Source: Trypanosoma brucei
Taxonomy: Eukaryota
Direction of reading: 5' to 3'
DNA: 64,000 bases
NCBI GenBank assembly: GCA_000002445.1
Contig: CP000066.1
Coordinates: forward strand, 1,312,001 to 1,376,000
A program made the position numbers and the translations under genes. The notes beneath the pieces are model-generated. The model ran no database searches. It saw nothing but the letters and a program-made list of their open reading frames with translations, and was not told the origin of the DNA. Positions 1-9,694 of the stretch are shown here, in pieces. How positions within the stretch are numbered: the first letter of the stretch is position 1; every line of letters begins with the position of its first letter.

Positions 1-1572
1 CCAAGTTACGGCGTCTTGTGGTAGCCACACACGGGCGGTAGTATCTCCACTACCACCACTCAGCGATTCCCCTTGAAATTGGATGCGGGCCAACCCATTT
101 ACTACATCCGTCACGTCTGTATTACCGTTCCGAGTGGCGTCGTTGGAAGAATGAAGTTCGGAACGACTAACCAAGATCGTGCTGAGGGTATCAAGTAACC
201 TCTCATACTCTTCTATTTTTTCCATCATGTAAAAGAGGTTAATGTTTTCGGTGGTCACCGCGCATCCGTTAAGGAAAACATGCGAGGAGCTGTGATACAT
301 GCTCCTTCCAATGGCATCCAATTCTCGAACAAATTTTGGGTCCTTTCTGGCAGCTGCAACAAAACTCATCCGAGAAAGAAGCGACGCATAATTAGGAAAA
401 TTCGTCAATACGTCCAAGAGCGCATGGAGCGGTTCTCTGCTCGGATCCATAACATATTGCGCAGCAGCAATACCGATATGAGCCTTTTCCCACGAATGAA
501 GGTCTACCTTAACTCCTTGCTCGATATTCTTACCTACAGCATCCTCAAAGTGACTCAGTTGCAAACTTTGGTCGGGATATCGCTTCTGTAACAAAGATAT
601 GTTAAATCCACCTAGAAGATGTTCTTCTCCACTCCCCATGGCACCTAAAACATCCCTTCGTCCCAGTTTGTGCTGCAAGTTCGCGGTAGATTCCCCAGCT
701 ATTCGATCATCCACCGCTCTGTACTCAGTGCTCTTTATGTCAACGGAGACACCGTACCCCTGAACTGCCAGCATGTCGTTCCACTGATTTCCTGAGACGG
801 GCAAGTGCCGAAACACCAACTTGGTTGTTTGCTTGTGACGTTTCACAGCCTGAAGGAGTCGCATGGTTTGCCCTTCCCCAACGATACCATACATGATGAC
901 AAGGTTGGGACCGTTTAAATGTGGATGAACGTGATCCAGATTGGCAATCACACCCATTGCGTTATCCGCGTTTAGTTCAGTCTCGCGGTCAGCATTACAT
1001 CCAGTGGCATCGCTGCCACTAGGTCCCTTCAATTCGAGCTCCTTCGCAAGTTTATGCTCGTCGCAAAACGCCTTGTTTCCAATCAGCGCAAAAGGCCTTC
1101 CCTCAGCAGCACATCCACCCGTGCGATTTATTGCCCTCCCCGCCAGCTGCCGATGCGCCTCCACCGTGGGGGAATGCATCCTGACAGCTAGTTTGGTTGT
1201 TAAGAAGGCCACGTGGTGTGGCGGGTGTTTGTTGCTCTGCATTATATCCATCAGCACGTCGTACTGTTCCTTCTGAGTCATGGTACGGGCGCCACCACTC
1301 CTATTCGTTGCTTCTGCTCGGAGCCAAACATCTTCCAAGCATTTGTAAAACCCGGAGGGCGCATCATCATGTGTTTGAGTCCCTACCGGCACGGTAAGTG
1401 AAGCTACCGCCTCACATCCCTCCTGAAGTAACGGAGTTTCGGTCCATGGTGCCACCACCTTCACATATACGCCTTTGCCTTCCACTGTTAACACGTGACA
1501 ATGTATGGATGCAACAAAAATGAAGACAATCAATTGCCTAATTTCATTGCTCCTGAGCGTGCAGCAGCTCAT
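1..1572 (-). CDS. UGGT: UDP-glucose:glycoprotein glucosyltransferase (UGGT), N-terminal ~520 aa; CDS continues beyond window start
   Basis: Hand scan: the minus-strand frame (plus-strand codon starts p=1 mod 3) has no stop from 1 to 1608. An in-frame TAA lies at 1611..1609 and the first ATG at 1572..1570. The predicted N-terminus MSCCTLRSNEIRQLIVFIFVASIHCHVLTVEG is signal-peptide-like. KVVAPWTETPLLQEGCEAVAS resembles the human UGGT1 N-terminus (TKWFSTPLLLEASEFLA). KLVFRHLPVSGN...GYGVSVDIKSTEYRAVDD matches the human UGGT1 motif INYVFRHY...GYGVELAIKSTEYKAKDD. It is not in the supplied ORF track because it lacks an in-window stop. Confidence 0.7.
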   Translation of the reverse strand, partial: MSCCTLRSNEIRQLIVFIFVASIHCHVLTVEGKGVYVKVVAPWTETPLLQEGCEAVASLTVPVGTQTHDDAPSGFYKCLEDVWLRAEATNRSGGARTMTQKEQYDVLMDIMQSNKHPPHHVAFLTTKLAVRMHSPTVEAHRQLAGRAINRTGGCAAEGRPFALIGNKAFCDEHKLAKELELKGPSGSDATGCNADRETELNADNAMGVIANLDHVHPHLNGPNLVIMYGIVGEGQTMRLLQAVKRHKQTTKLVFRHLPVSGNQWNDMLAVQGYGVSVDIKSTEYRAVDDRIAGESTANLQHKLGRRDVLGAMGSGEEHLLGGFNISLLQKRYPDQSLQLSHFEDAVGKNIEQGVKVDLHSWEKAHIGIAAAQYVMDPSREPLHALLDVLTNFPNYASLLSRMSFVAAARKDPKFVRELDAIGRSMYHSSSHVFLNGCAVTTENINLFYMMEKIEEYERLLDTLSTILVSRSELHSSNDATRNGNTDVTDVVNGLARIQFQGESLSGGSGDTTARVWLPQDAVTW

Positions 1573-1789
1573 TGGTTCTTTGTGTAACTTACTTAGTTCA
1601 ATTCCTTTTTATTTATTTTCCTTCTGCAGAAATGGGATTAATGGCGCCCGGCAGTGATACAGAAGAGAAGCCATACGTCAGCGCATCGTCACTCATGTGT
1701 GTACAACCCGTGTGGTACATTTATTTTGTATTTATTGGGATGGAATAGGGGGAGCAAAGCAGAATATACAACAAGCCAGTGTTCTAACG

Positions 1790-2060
1790 TGCGCAGTTGT
1801 GGTAAAAATAAAAGGAAAAGCAAAGAAAAAAAAACCAACTACAACACATACCCACAAATATACACACATGTAGAAGTACTTATTTGATGGTCGCGAGTGA
1901 AAGACAACCCACGCAATCGGACATGAAAGGTGTCGTCACCATCCACAAGAAAAGTAGTAAAGAGCAGGGAGAGAAACAACGAAAAGAAAAAAAAAAGAGA
2001 AAGAGAGAGATAAATAGATAGGTAGATAGAGAGCTTTGTACAACACGACGGGAGAAAAGA
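1790..2060 (-). promoter_or_regulatory. Purine-rich (plus-strand) region: polypyrimidine tracts on the minus strand upstream of UGGT; candidate trans-splicing acceptor region
   Basis: Plus-strand A/G-rich runs at 1790-1860 and 1960-2060 (gagcagggagagaaacaacgaaaagaaaaaaaaaagagaaagagagag) lie 5' of the minus-strand UGGT ATG at 1572. Trypanosomatid trans-splicing uses a polypyrimidine tract followed by an AG. Confidence 0.4.
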
Positions 2061-3275
2061 AAGAAAAAAGAAAGGTTGAAGGAATGGCTTATTCCGTGCT
2101 TATGTAGAGAGGAACACACTACGTTACGACATTTGAAGCAACTGTTGCAGAAGTAATGGAGGGAAAGGATGAATGGGATGAAGAAAAACAAAAACAAACA
2201 AGTGAAAGGAGTGGAAAAAGAAAGGGGAGATGCGTGGATGTGTGAGAGGGAAAATGTAAAATCAATAACAAAAAAAAACTTTTACGCACATTGAGAAGAG
2301 GAGGAGGAGAAGAGAGAGAGAGAGGGGGGATCCTCCAAATTCAAAAAGAAAAAAACAATGACGTAAAATTTTATTTTGTATTTTCTTTTTATTTTTTCCC
2401 TCTCACTGTCAAAAAATTTTTTTTTAGCTACAGAAGACGGAAGCAAAAAAAGAAAAAAAAAGAGAAAAAAGACCGATTCCTTCACTTTACCGCATTTCCT
2501 TTTTTTCTTACCCACTTCTGCCTTGGTGCTGCAATAGAGAAGATGGTTAGCATAACACATTAACCAGCAGGCCAACCGGAAGAGTAAAAAAACAAAACAA
2601 AACAAATCAAAAGAAAAGACAAAAAAGCGAGGGAAAAGGAAATCCACAACCGATCACCCACATGTCGTTTTATTTCATGTCATATAACATTTTAAAAGAT
2701 AATAATAATAATAATATTTTTAATACCTATACCCATGCCTCGTTTCGTCTCGGCATTTAAGTTACGTCTTAAGTCATTTTTTCTTTTTTTTTTTTGGTCC
2801 TTTCTTTTTTCTTTTCTTTTAGTAGTGTATGTAAGCAATCCACTCTGCTTCCCCCGCTGATAATGATATCGTAATGCAAGTGAAAAAAGGATTGGGATTG
2901 ACATAAGAGATACAGCGGTGGCTGAACGAACCCAAGTAATGAGAGGGTGACGACTGTGGAAACACACAGGTCCATAAAAAGGAATTCTCTACCCTCTTTT
3001 TGGTTCGCTTGTTTCAGCCACATTCTTCTTCCTTTCCCCTTTGCCCTCTCCGAAAAAGTAAAAAAAAAAATGAAAAAAAATTTCTGTTGTCCAGGCCAGC
3101 GTCACCACAAGTACTCAGCCTCTCACTTCTCCACACGATCGGTATCTTCTTTGTTACCACTCGTCTTTACTAACTTGAAAATGATTATTCCTCCTGACTT
3201 CTTTTTTATCATATTTATTGCCTCCTTCCCCTCAATAATTTTTTTTTTTGCCCCCACCTTCCCCCTCGTGTTTCT

Positions 3276-4136
3276 TCACACACCGCTACGACAAGCCATG
3301 AAACGCGTGGCACCGTATGTGAGACCCGCAGCTGATAAATTCCATACGGTCGCTCCCACCGCCTTCCACACGTTGGCATAACTCCCAAAGAAGACCTCCG
3401 ACTGCCCGACGCTTACAACAAAAATCCCCGCCGCTAAAGTGCACAGGGCAACGAGTTCACTGCGCGCTGAACTAAGTTCAGAACCCATAAAAGGCAAAAG
3501 TGGAAGAACCCACCCCAACGTATATCCAATAGAGGAGGGAATAGCAGCATCCACTACCGCTTCCCACCCCGCTGGTGGCTCGAGGCGGGAATACCCAAGT
3601 TCTTCAACCATCATTAGATTTGCAAAGGCTTCTCGATGCTTCGCGAAAATGCGCGTGATCATATGCGCTTCCTCCTCCAGGAGCCCTTGCGCTCTGTAAA
3701 TTGCAACCATCTCTTGTATTTCTCCAGCGATATGGTTGTCAATTTCCCAAAGTTCACGCTGAAGTTCCACTTCGTACACCGCTCTTTCAAATAGCAGGGA
3801 GCGGCATACCGTAAAGGCGATACCCACGCCGCCCGAAAAGGCATGTGCAATTAGCAGCGGAGCGAAACGCTTATCCTGTGAAGTGGATCCCAAACTTGAG
3901 CGGTACATGCCAGCCAAAGCACCGATGGCACCGGCCGCGCACGTGAATCCCGTAAGACAGCCACAAACAAGCGACCGATTCCTAAGGGCACTGTTCTTTC
4001 GTATATCAACGTTAAAATGTTCCATTCTATTATCGTGGGCATCTCGGGAACGTTTGGGGTCACCAAAGGAACATCGCGCCTCGTCTTTTTCCGTGAGGCG
4101 AAAGCTGTCCATCTCAAGACACCTGCTATAAACCAA
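3276..4136 (-). CDS. VIT1/CCC1-family vacuolar iron transporter-like membrane protein
   Basis: 286-aa ORF. The N-terminal cytosolic segment is followed by a Gly/Ala-rich transmembrane segment (LTGFTCAAGAIGALAG). The central acidic helix ELQRELWEIDNHIAGEIQEMVAIYRAQGLLEEEAHMITRIF resembles the VIT1/CCC1 metal-binding cytoplasmic domain (pattern RExWEI..E.EE...IY...G). A hydrophobic C-terminal half follows. The true start may be the internal M (MDSFRL) at 4112. Confidence 0.65.
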   Translation of the reverse strand: MVYSRCLEMDSFRLTEKDEARCSFGDPKRSRDAHDNRMEHFNVDIRKNSALRNRSLVCGCLTGFTCAAGAIGALAGMYRSSLGSTSQDKRFAPLLIAHAFSGGVGIAFTVCRSLLFERAVYEVELQRELWEIDNHIAGEIQEMVAIYRAQGLLEEEAHMITRIFAKHREAFANLMMVEELGYSRLEPPAGWEAVVDAAIPSSIGYTLGWVLPLLPFMGSELSSARSELVALCTLAAGIFVVSVGQSEVFFGSYANVWKAVGATVWNLSAAGLTYGATRFMACRSGV

Positions 4137-4270
4137 AGCAACGGAGAGATAAAATGCCTAATGTTTTTGAATGCTTTCCGAAGCAAACAGAAGGCCAAGT
4201 TTCAACTCTTGAAATATGCTCCGTGTCCGTTCGAGTTCCAACTGGAGGATGGATGCAGCCGGTAAAACAA

Positions 4271-4300
4271 TATATATATATATATATATATGTATGTGTA
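4271..4300. repeat. (TA)n/(TG)n microsatellite
   Basis: tatatatatatatatatatata followed by tgtatgtgta. Confidence 0.9.
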
Positions 4301-5238
4301 TAACTTAATTAGAAACTAAATAGAACAGAAACAATCCAACAACCCACACAAATTCCGATAATCTAGGTCATGTGTGCAGGTTAGAGGGGCCAATAAAAAA
4401 GGAACAAGAAGAAAATTAATGATTTAAAGGGGAGTGCACAAACGTCCAACCATAAATAGAACAATGAGGGATACAATGAGAATACACATGCCGATGCATG
4501 CATAGTTAATGTCGTGCGCGGAAGATTACTGAACATAAACACATATTTATATATCAGTGCAGTTGGTTCTTTTGCACCACCATTATGCGCAGCAGGAGCG
4601 TGTTAGAACGATTAAGTCCGTTGGAGCGAAGACACCACCCTCCACAGGCAACACCAACGACAACTGCGCATAGTGACGGTGAATGGGGAAAGAGAAGTGT
4701 TATAAACATCTGAAACAAGTAAACATTCAGAAAGGTGAGGCGGCTGCCTTCCTGCATTCTCACTTCTCTACCACCAAAAGCGTGTGATCAACTAAAAAAT
4801 TAAATAAATAAAAGACGTCCGTGAGGGTGTTGACATGTGTGCAGATAAGTTGGTGTATCTGAGCGCCGCAACTTTAACGCCTAAACGAGTCCGTAATTCA
4901 CCTTCCCTTCCCTCACCCATCATCACACCATGTATAGGGAGTATTCTTCTTTTTGGCCCGCCATACGCACCTACAGAAAAGCTAAAAGTGCCAACCGCTG
5001 ATGTTGCCCCACACCCTTTGAATTTTTGATTAAAACAAACTTATTTATTGGTCACGATAAGTACGTGTGTCTTTAAATGTTCATCGAAGCCACGGGATTT
5101 AACTGACTACACCTCATCCACACAACAAATACATACACGCACATATATGTATACGCATATTATTAAGTGAATGGGTAAGTTCGATTCATTGTAGTGTTGA
5201 CACATTCACCCTCCAAACGCACTACCAATTTCTTGTGC

Positions 5239-5904
5239 TTATATCTTTCCTCGAAGGGCATTAGGTATCATTTGCTTTGTGGACTCCACAACCGTGTGAT
5301 ACAAGGTTACCATGTCCAACGTTGATGAAAACATGTCTGCGAAGCCAAAGAAGAACATGGAAGGAATGACACCGCGGGCGTACTCCAATGCAAAGCATGG
5401 ACCAGGCATTTTATACTGCTTTGCCGTGTGCTTTGGAAGGTAATGCTGGTCGCCAGGTTTGTATACTTCCGGCACTGTGGAATTCGGTAGCGCCGCCCAT
5501 TGTTCCCCATGAATAATAGTGAAGAAGTCTTCTGCCAAGTGGTAACGACCGGTGTGGCCTTCCGTCCCCACAGCAGTGCCAAATATAATGATGTACTCGG
5601 AAAAGGACGCGTGAAGAAGCTTCATGGAACCCATTGCCCCGCCTGCATTGTTCCACATCCATCGACTACTATTTGTTGTGTGTGCGGGGTACGTTGCAAG
5701 AACTCCTTCGATCACCTCGGCAATGACCGCGTCGGCGGAGGGATTATCCCCATATTTACTTCGAGCGTTTGAAATGCTCTGTTTGACGATGGTCTGAAGT
5801 TCCTTGGGATCAAACACCCAATTCTCTGGGCGGTTTACCAGGTGGACAAAACCCGCTAGGGTGACCGTGAGCAGGAAAACAAAAAGTGTTTTGCAGAGAC
5901 CCAT
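5239..5904 (-). CDS. C-8 sterol isomerase (ERG2) / sigma-1 receptor family protein
   Basis: 221-aa ORF with an N-terminal transmembrane helix. WMWNNAGGAMGSMKLLHASFSEYIIIFGTAVGTEGHTGRYHLAEDFFTIIHGEQW aligns closely with human sigma-1 receptor ([56 protein letters not shown]). YARGVIPSMFFFGFADMFSST aligns with [21 protein letters not shown]. Confidence 0.85.
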   Translation of the reverse strand: MGLCKTLFVFLLTVTLAGFVHLVNRPENWVFDPKELQTIVKQSISNARSKYGDNPSADAVIAEVIEGVLATYPAHTTNSSRWMWNNAGGAMGSMKLLHASFSEYIIIFGTAVGTEGHTGRYHLAEDFFTIIHGEQWAALPNSTVPEVYKPGDQHYLPKHTAKQYKMPGPCFALEYARGVIPSMFFFGFADMFSSTLDMVTLYHTVVESTKQMIPNALRGKI

Positions 5905-6468
5905 TGTTGTCCCGCTGACCGCTTTAAGTCAATTTTCTCTTATGAGCCTACCAATTTGGGGTTCCTAATGGAATAAAAAAGTTTCCGCTCTTCCTGTCAC
6001 TTCCCTTTTCGACTATATATATATATATATAGGCTTATACACTATTTAAAATGAAGTAGGAACACACATGCCGAGGTGTCATACAGAGTTATGCATCAAC
6101 CCCCGACAACGGAAAAGAGTCGAAACAACGTCGGTTCGACAAGGCAAAAAAAAAAAAAAACGCTCTGGAGTGTCGAGCGGACACCAAGCGGATAAAGAAG
6201 CAAAACATTACTCTCTCCACTTCCCATTGTTATTACATCCAGGCTCTCGCATCGATACAGTGGCAGCTACCCAGATGCAACGTTACGCAGCGTAGTGGCC
6301 AAAGTTAGGAGGAAGACAATGTTGGAAACAAGGCGTCTTTCACAGAATTAAGAGAAAGAGAAAAAAAAAGCAAGAAATACTACGGTTGTGTAAAGGCTAT
6401 CTTGCGCAGCAAGGATACGTAGCGTACAGGTGTGTGGAAAGCCAAAAAAAAAAGCAAGAAACAGTTAT

Positions 6469-6500
6469 ACATATATATATATATATATATATAATATGTA
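6469..6500. repeat. (AT)n microsatellite
   Basis: atatatatatatatatatatatataatatgtatgtatat. Confidence 0.9.
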
Positions 6501-6524
6501 TGTATATACGTGCTTTCCCCCTCT

Positions 6525-8330
6525 CTAGTTGTTTGACTTCCATAACCGTATGCATCCATCGCTACCACCCGATATCAAAGTTCCATCCGCGGCGCCGAAG
6601 ACGGCCGACACACCGCCTCGGTGGGCTGCATCCTCCATTCTCCGCGTTTTTGCCTCAAGATCCCACAAAATGAGCGAGGCATCCATGCTTCCAGAGAACA
6701 GACGGGTGTTACTGTTGTAAGCAAAGGACAGCGAAGTCACCCGGAGTGTATGGAAAACCAAGTCTTTGTGAAGTACGCTACCATCTGCCCACGACCACAC
6801 AAATATATTCCTGTTTGCGTCACCTGAGGCAACCACTTGACCATCGTGAGAGAAGGCGAGGCACGCCACTGCACCCGTGTGGTGACCCGCGAACTGCACT
6901 TTCGCCTCCGGTGGAGCGCTCTCAGTTATTTGATAACCTTTTACCAGTTTTTCTCCACCCACAATAATCATTTGACCTCGGGCAGCGGCGCTGCAGCCGT
7001 CAAACCTATCGAGCTTTTCTTCAGCAATCTTAGAGCCTGCAGAGTTAATAACGATGAAGCTGTTCCGTAACAGCAGTACTGCAGTGCCATCCTCGGTTAC
7101 AGTTAACGCCGTAACAGCAGTGACATCTTGCGAAACAACGGCCGGGGTACTGTCATTGGGGTCATAGCGGAGTAACTCACTCCCAGCTACAATGTACAAC
7201 TTACCACCGCTAAATGCCGCTGCGGTAATGAGATCGGCTGACAGGGGCACCTCACTTGCCTCACCGGCTGCGGCTGCCGCCGTGTCACGCCAAATAAGTG
7301 CGCGGTCAACACTGACTGATACCATCAGCTCATCCGATTCCTTGTGTAGCAGGAAAATCCGTCCTTGATGCCCCAAGAAAGTTCGTGTCATTTCACCCTT
7401 CTCATTTATTAATGTGAGCTTACCACCGAATGAAACCGAAACCACACCCCGCGCTGTATATGCAACCCCCTGCTGCATATCTAGAACCCGATTCCCAGTA
7501 GAGCATGTTGCGATGTTCGACGCTGAGGTTACATCGAAAACCTTCACGGTCTTATCAGCGCTAGCTGTCGCAATTAGTTTACCGTCTGGGCTCCATGCAA
7601 GGGAGAAGATGCTACCCTTGTGGTCTACGCTAATGCTTCCCTTCTTATCGCCCGTCCTTCCATCAAGTAGAATGATATTACCTGTGCGGGCAACCGTTGC
7701 GATAGTTTCCATATCCGGACTGTAACGCACACACATAACCTTCTCGTTGTGTTCTTTTACGTTGCAGGTGAACTTAAAGGGAACACCCTCATAGAAACCC
7801 ACCATATTATCCGCACTTCCGGTTACCGCGCGAAATGGTCGATCCCCCCGCACATCACACGAAAGGATACTCTGTGTGTGGCCATTAATGCTTCCGATTG
7901 TATTTCCTGACACGGTTACCGCGGCCGCGAAGTTGTTCCGTCCGTCACCCACCACCACAAGCCGTTCCTCATCTCGTGTCCACGCCACGTCCCGGACTGG
8001 TCCTTCCAGTAGCTGCCCGTTGTATTTCTCTTGTGTGCCGTTACGCCGCTCCCACAAGCGCACATTTCCCTTTTGATCTCCGGATGCCACGAATTTGCTG
8101 GAAGGACTTATGCGCACTGCAGTTACTGGCGACGTGTGGTGCCAACAACAGAGGATGGAATCCGCCCCTGTGGTTGAGATGTCACGCACCACCACATTGT
8201 TACCACTACCGTATGCCACAAGCGTGTCATGAGCCGAAATTGACGTCGGTGTTGCTCGTGTTGTGGAGGGCGCACTAGGAATAATACCCTCAAGTTGCAG
8301 TTGATGAACTGACATGAACAAAGGGTGCAA
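6525..8330 (-). CDS. Actin-interacting protein 1 (AIP1/WDR1), WD40-repeat protein
   Basis: 601-aa ORF with many WD repeats (KFVASGDQKGNVRLWE; KLIATASADKTVKVFD; GSDGCIRLWK). FYEGVPFKFTCNVKEHNEKVMCVRYSPDMETIATV matches the AIP1 signature FY.GPPFKF...H..FV..VR.SPDG. About 600 aa with 14 blades is the typical AIP1 architecture. Confidence 0.75.
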   Translation of the reverse strand: MHPLFMSVHQLQLEGIIPSAPSTTRATPTSISAHDTLVAYGSGNNVVVRDISTTGADSILCCWHHTSPVTAVRISPSSKFVASGDQKGNVRLWERRNGTQEKYNGQLLEGPVRDVAWTRDEERLVVVGDGRNNFAAAVTVSGNTIGSINGHTQSILSCDVRGDRPFRAVTGSADNMVGFYEGVPFKFTCNVKEHNEKVMCVRYSPDMETIATVARTGNIILLDGRTGDKKGSISVDHKGSIFSLAWSPDGKLIATASADKTVKVFDVTSASNIATCSTGNRVLDMQQGVAYTARGVVSVSFGGKLTLINEKGEMTRTFLGHQGRIFLLHKESDELMVSVSVDRALIWRDTAAAAAGEASEVPLSADLITAAAFSGGKLYIVAGSELLRYDPNDSTPAVVSQDVTAVTALTVTEDGTAVLLLRNSFIVINSAGSKIAEEKLDRFDGCSAAARGQMIIVGGEKLVKGYQITESAPPEAKVQFAGHHTGAVACLAFSHDGQVVASGDANRNIFVWSWADGSVLHKDLVFHTLRVTSLSFAYNSNTRLFSGSMDASLILWDLEAKTRRMEDAAHRGGVSAVFGAADGTLISGGSDGCIRLWKSNN

Positions 8331-9360
8331 CCCCTAAAGGTTTTTTTGTCTTCCCTTTAGTTGTTTCGGTTTGAGGTATCGTGCTTTCTCTCTAACGTTG
8401 TTATCCCTCCAGTTCCCTTCCAAATTCTTGTTTATTGTTTACAAATGGTACCCCCTTTCCGCTTTTCTTTTTTTTTTTAAACAAAAAATATGACTTCACT
8501 CCCCGTGTCCACGGCAGAAAACATGGAGGACAGATGATCGACACATCGATACTGCACGTACGCGTGTGAGTGTGAGTTCACATGCAAATGCAAGTGTAAG
8601 AGAAAGTACTGGGGGCGCCTCATTGGAATATATAACTGCGCTTTTCCTTTTTTTTTTTTGCAAACTATGAGTAGGAAAGTATTTTTTTATATTTGTCGCG
8701 AAAGCCCGCCAATAACATTTATTCTTTCCGTTTTCCCTCTCTTACGGTATCCCACCAGGATGTCCTTAAGGGGACATTTCGCCAAACAGTTCGGTAGTTG
8801 GTGCCGAGTAAAGAAAAAAAGGAAAGAGTTAGGGGTGATGCCAAAGCCGCGGGGATGAAAAAAGGCAGCAAAAATTAAAAAAAAACATCAAAATGTTCTA
8901 AACAAAACTGCCTGCAATGGAATAAAAAGAAAAGAAAGATGGAAAACTGTAAAGTAAAACGCAACGCAACTTCTGCTTAAAAGTTTTGAACCAATTCAAC
9001 AATGTTTCCGGTTCCTTCCCTTAGTGGTTGAGGGAGAACAGGGAACAAAAATACAAAAATAACGAGGAAATAAAGAGACTGCACGAAAAATATATGGCAG
9101 AGTTAGTGTGTTCTTTTTCTTTTTGTGTTTTCCATGGGGCATCCCGAAAGTAGACGCGATAAAAAGAGGAATCGGAGTGCGAAGTAGCAATAGCGGAGGC
9201 TCGCTTCATAGGTGCCAGTAGTTCTCCTTGGTGAATATAAGTTAAATGAAAGCAATGTTATAAAATTAACCCCTCTTCCCTTCTTGGGCCCTTTCCACCA
9301 AACCTCTCTCTTGCCTGTTTGGTAATACGCATATATACATACTTATGTATACATTTAATA

Positions 9361-9380
9361 ATATATATATATATATATAT
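9361..9380. repeat. (AT)10 microsatellite
   Basis: atatatatatatatatatat. Confidence 0.9.
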
Positions 9381-9694
9381 TCACGTTTTCATACCTCTGT
9401 GCAGAGATTTGGACATGTGTTCATGCCAATCTGTTTCTTTACATGAAGACGTGGGGGGGGGGGGAGGGGAGGAAAAGCATTCCCGGGCTCATGGTTAACC
9501 ATCTCCCTTTTCCCCCCTATTCATTGCGATTGTCTTCCCTCTGTTAATTAACACGTAGGTGCTGCTCCCCCTTCCCTCCATAGCTAGCTAGCGTCAAAAA
9601 CTCAATACAACCGTAGTGGTATACCATCAAACTTCAAGCTTTTTCATTACATTTAGAGATCCGTCGTCGCCCGCTCCGATAAGTTTTGCAGAAG

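Noticed and set aside
1445-1674. Candidate start codons for the left-edge gene at 1674..1672 and 1447..1445 (minus strand)
   Set aside because: Hand translation hits in-frame stops immediately (TAA at 1611..1609 for the 1674 frame; TGA at 1369..1367 for the 1447 frame). The open frame starts at ATG 1572.
1880-2647. Minus-strand ORFs of 105 and 121 aa (1880..2197, 2282..2647), plus others such as 18529..18924, 20600..20950 and 32059..32541
   Set aside because: They are translations of homopolymer or purine/pyrimidine tracts (FFFIPF..., LFLFFF...) in intergenic or UTR sequence, with no domain-like content. 32059..32541 also overlaps the DLP2 3' end.
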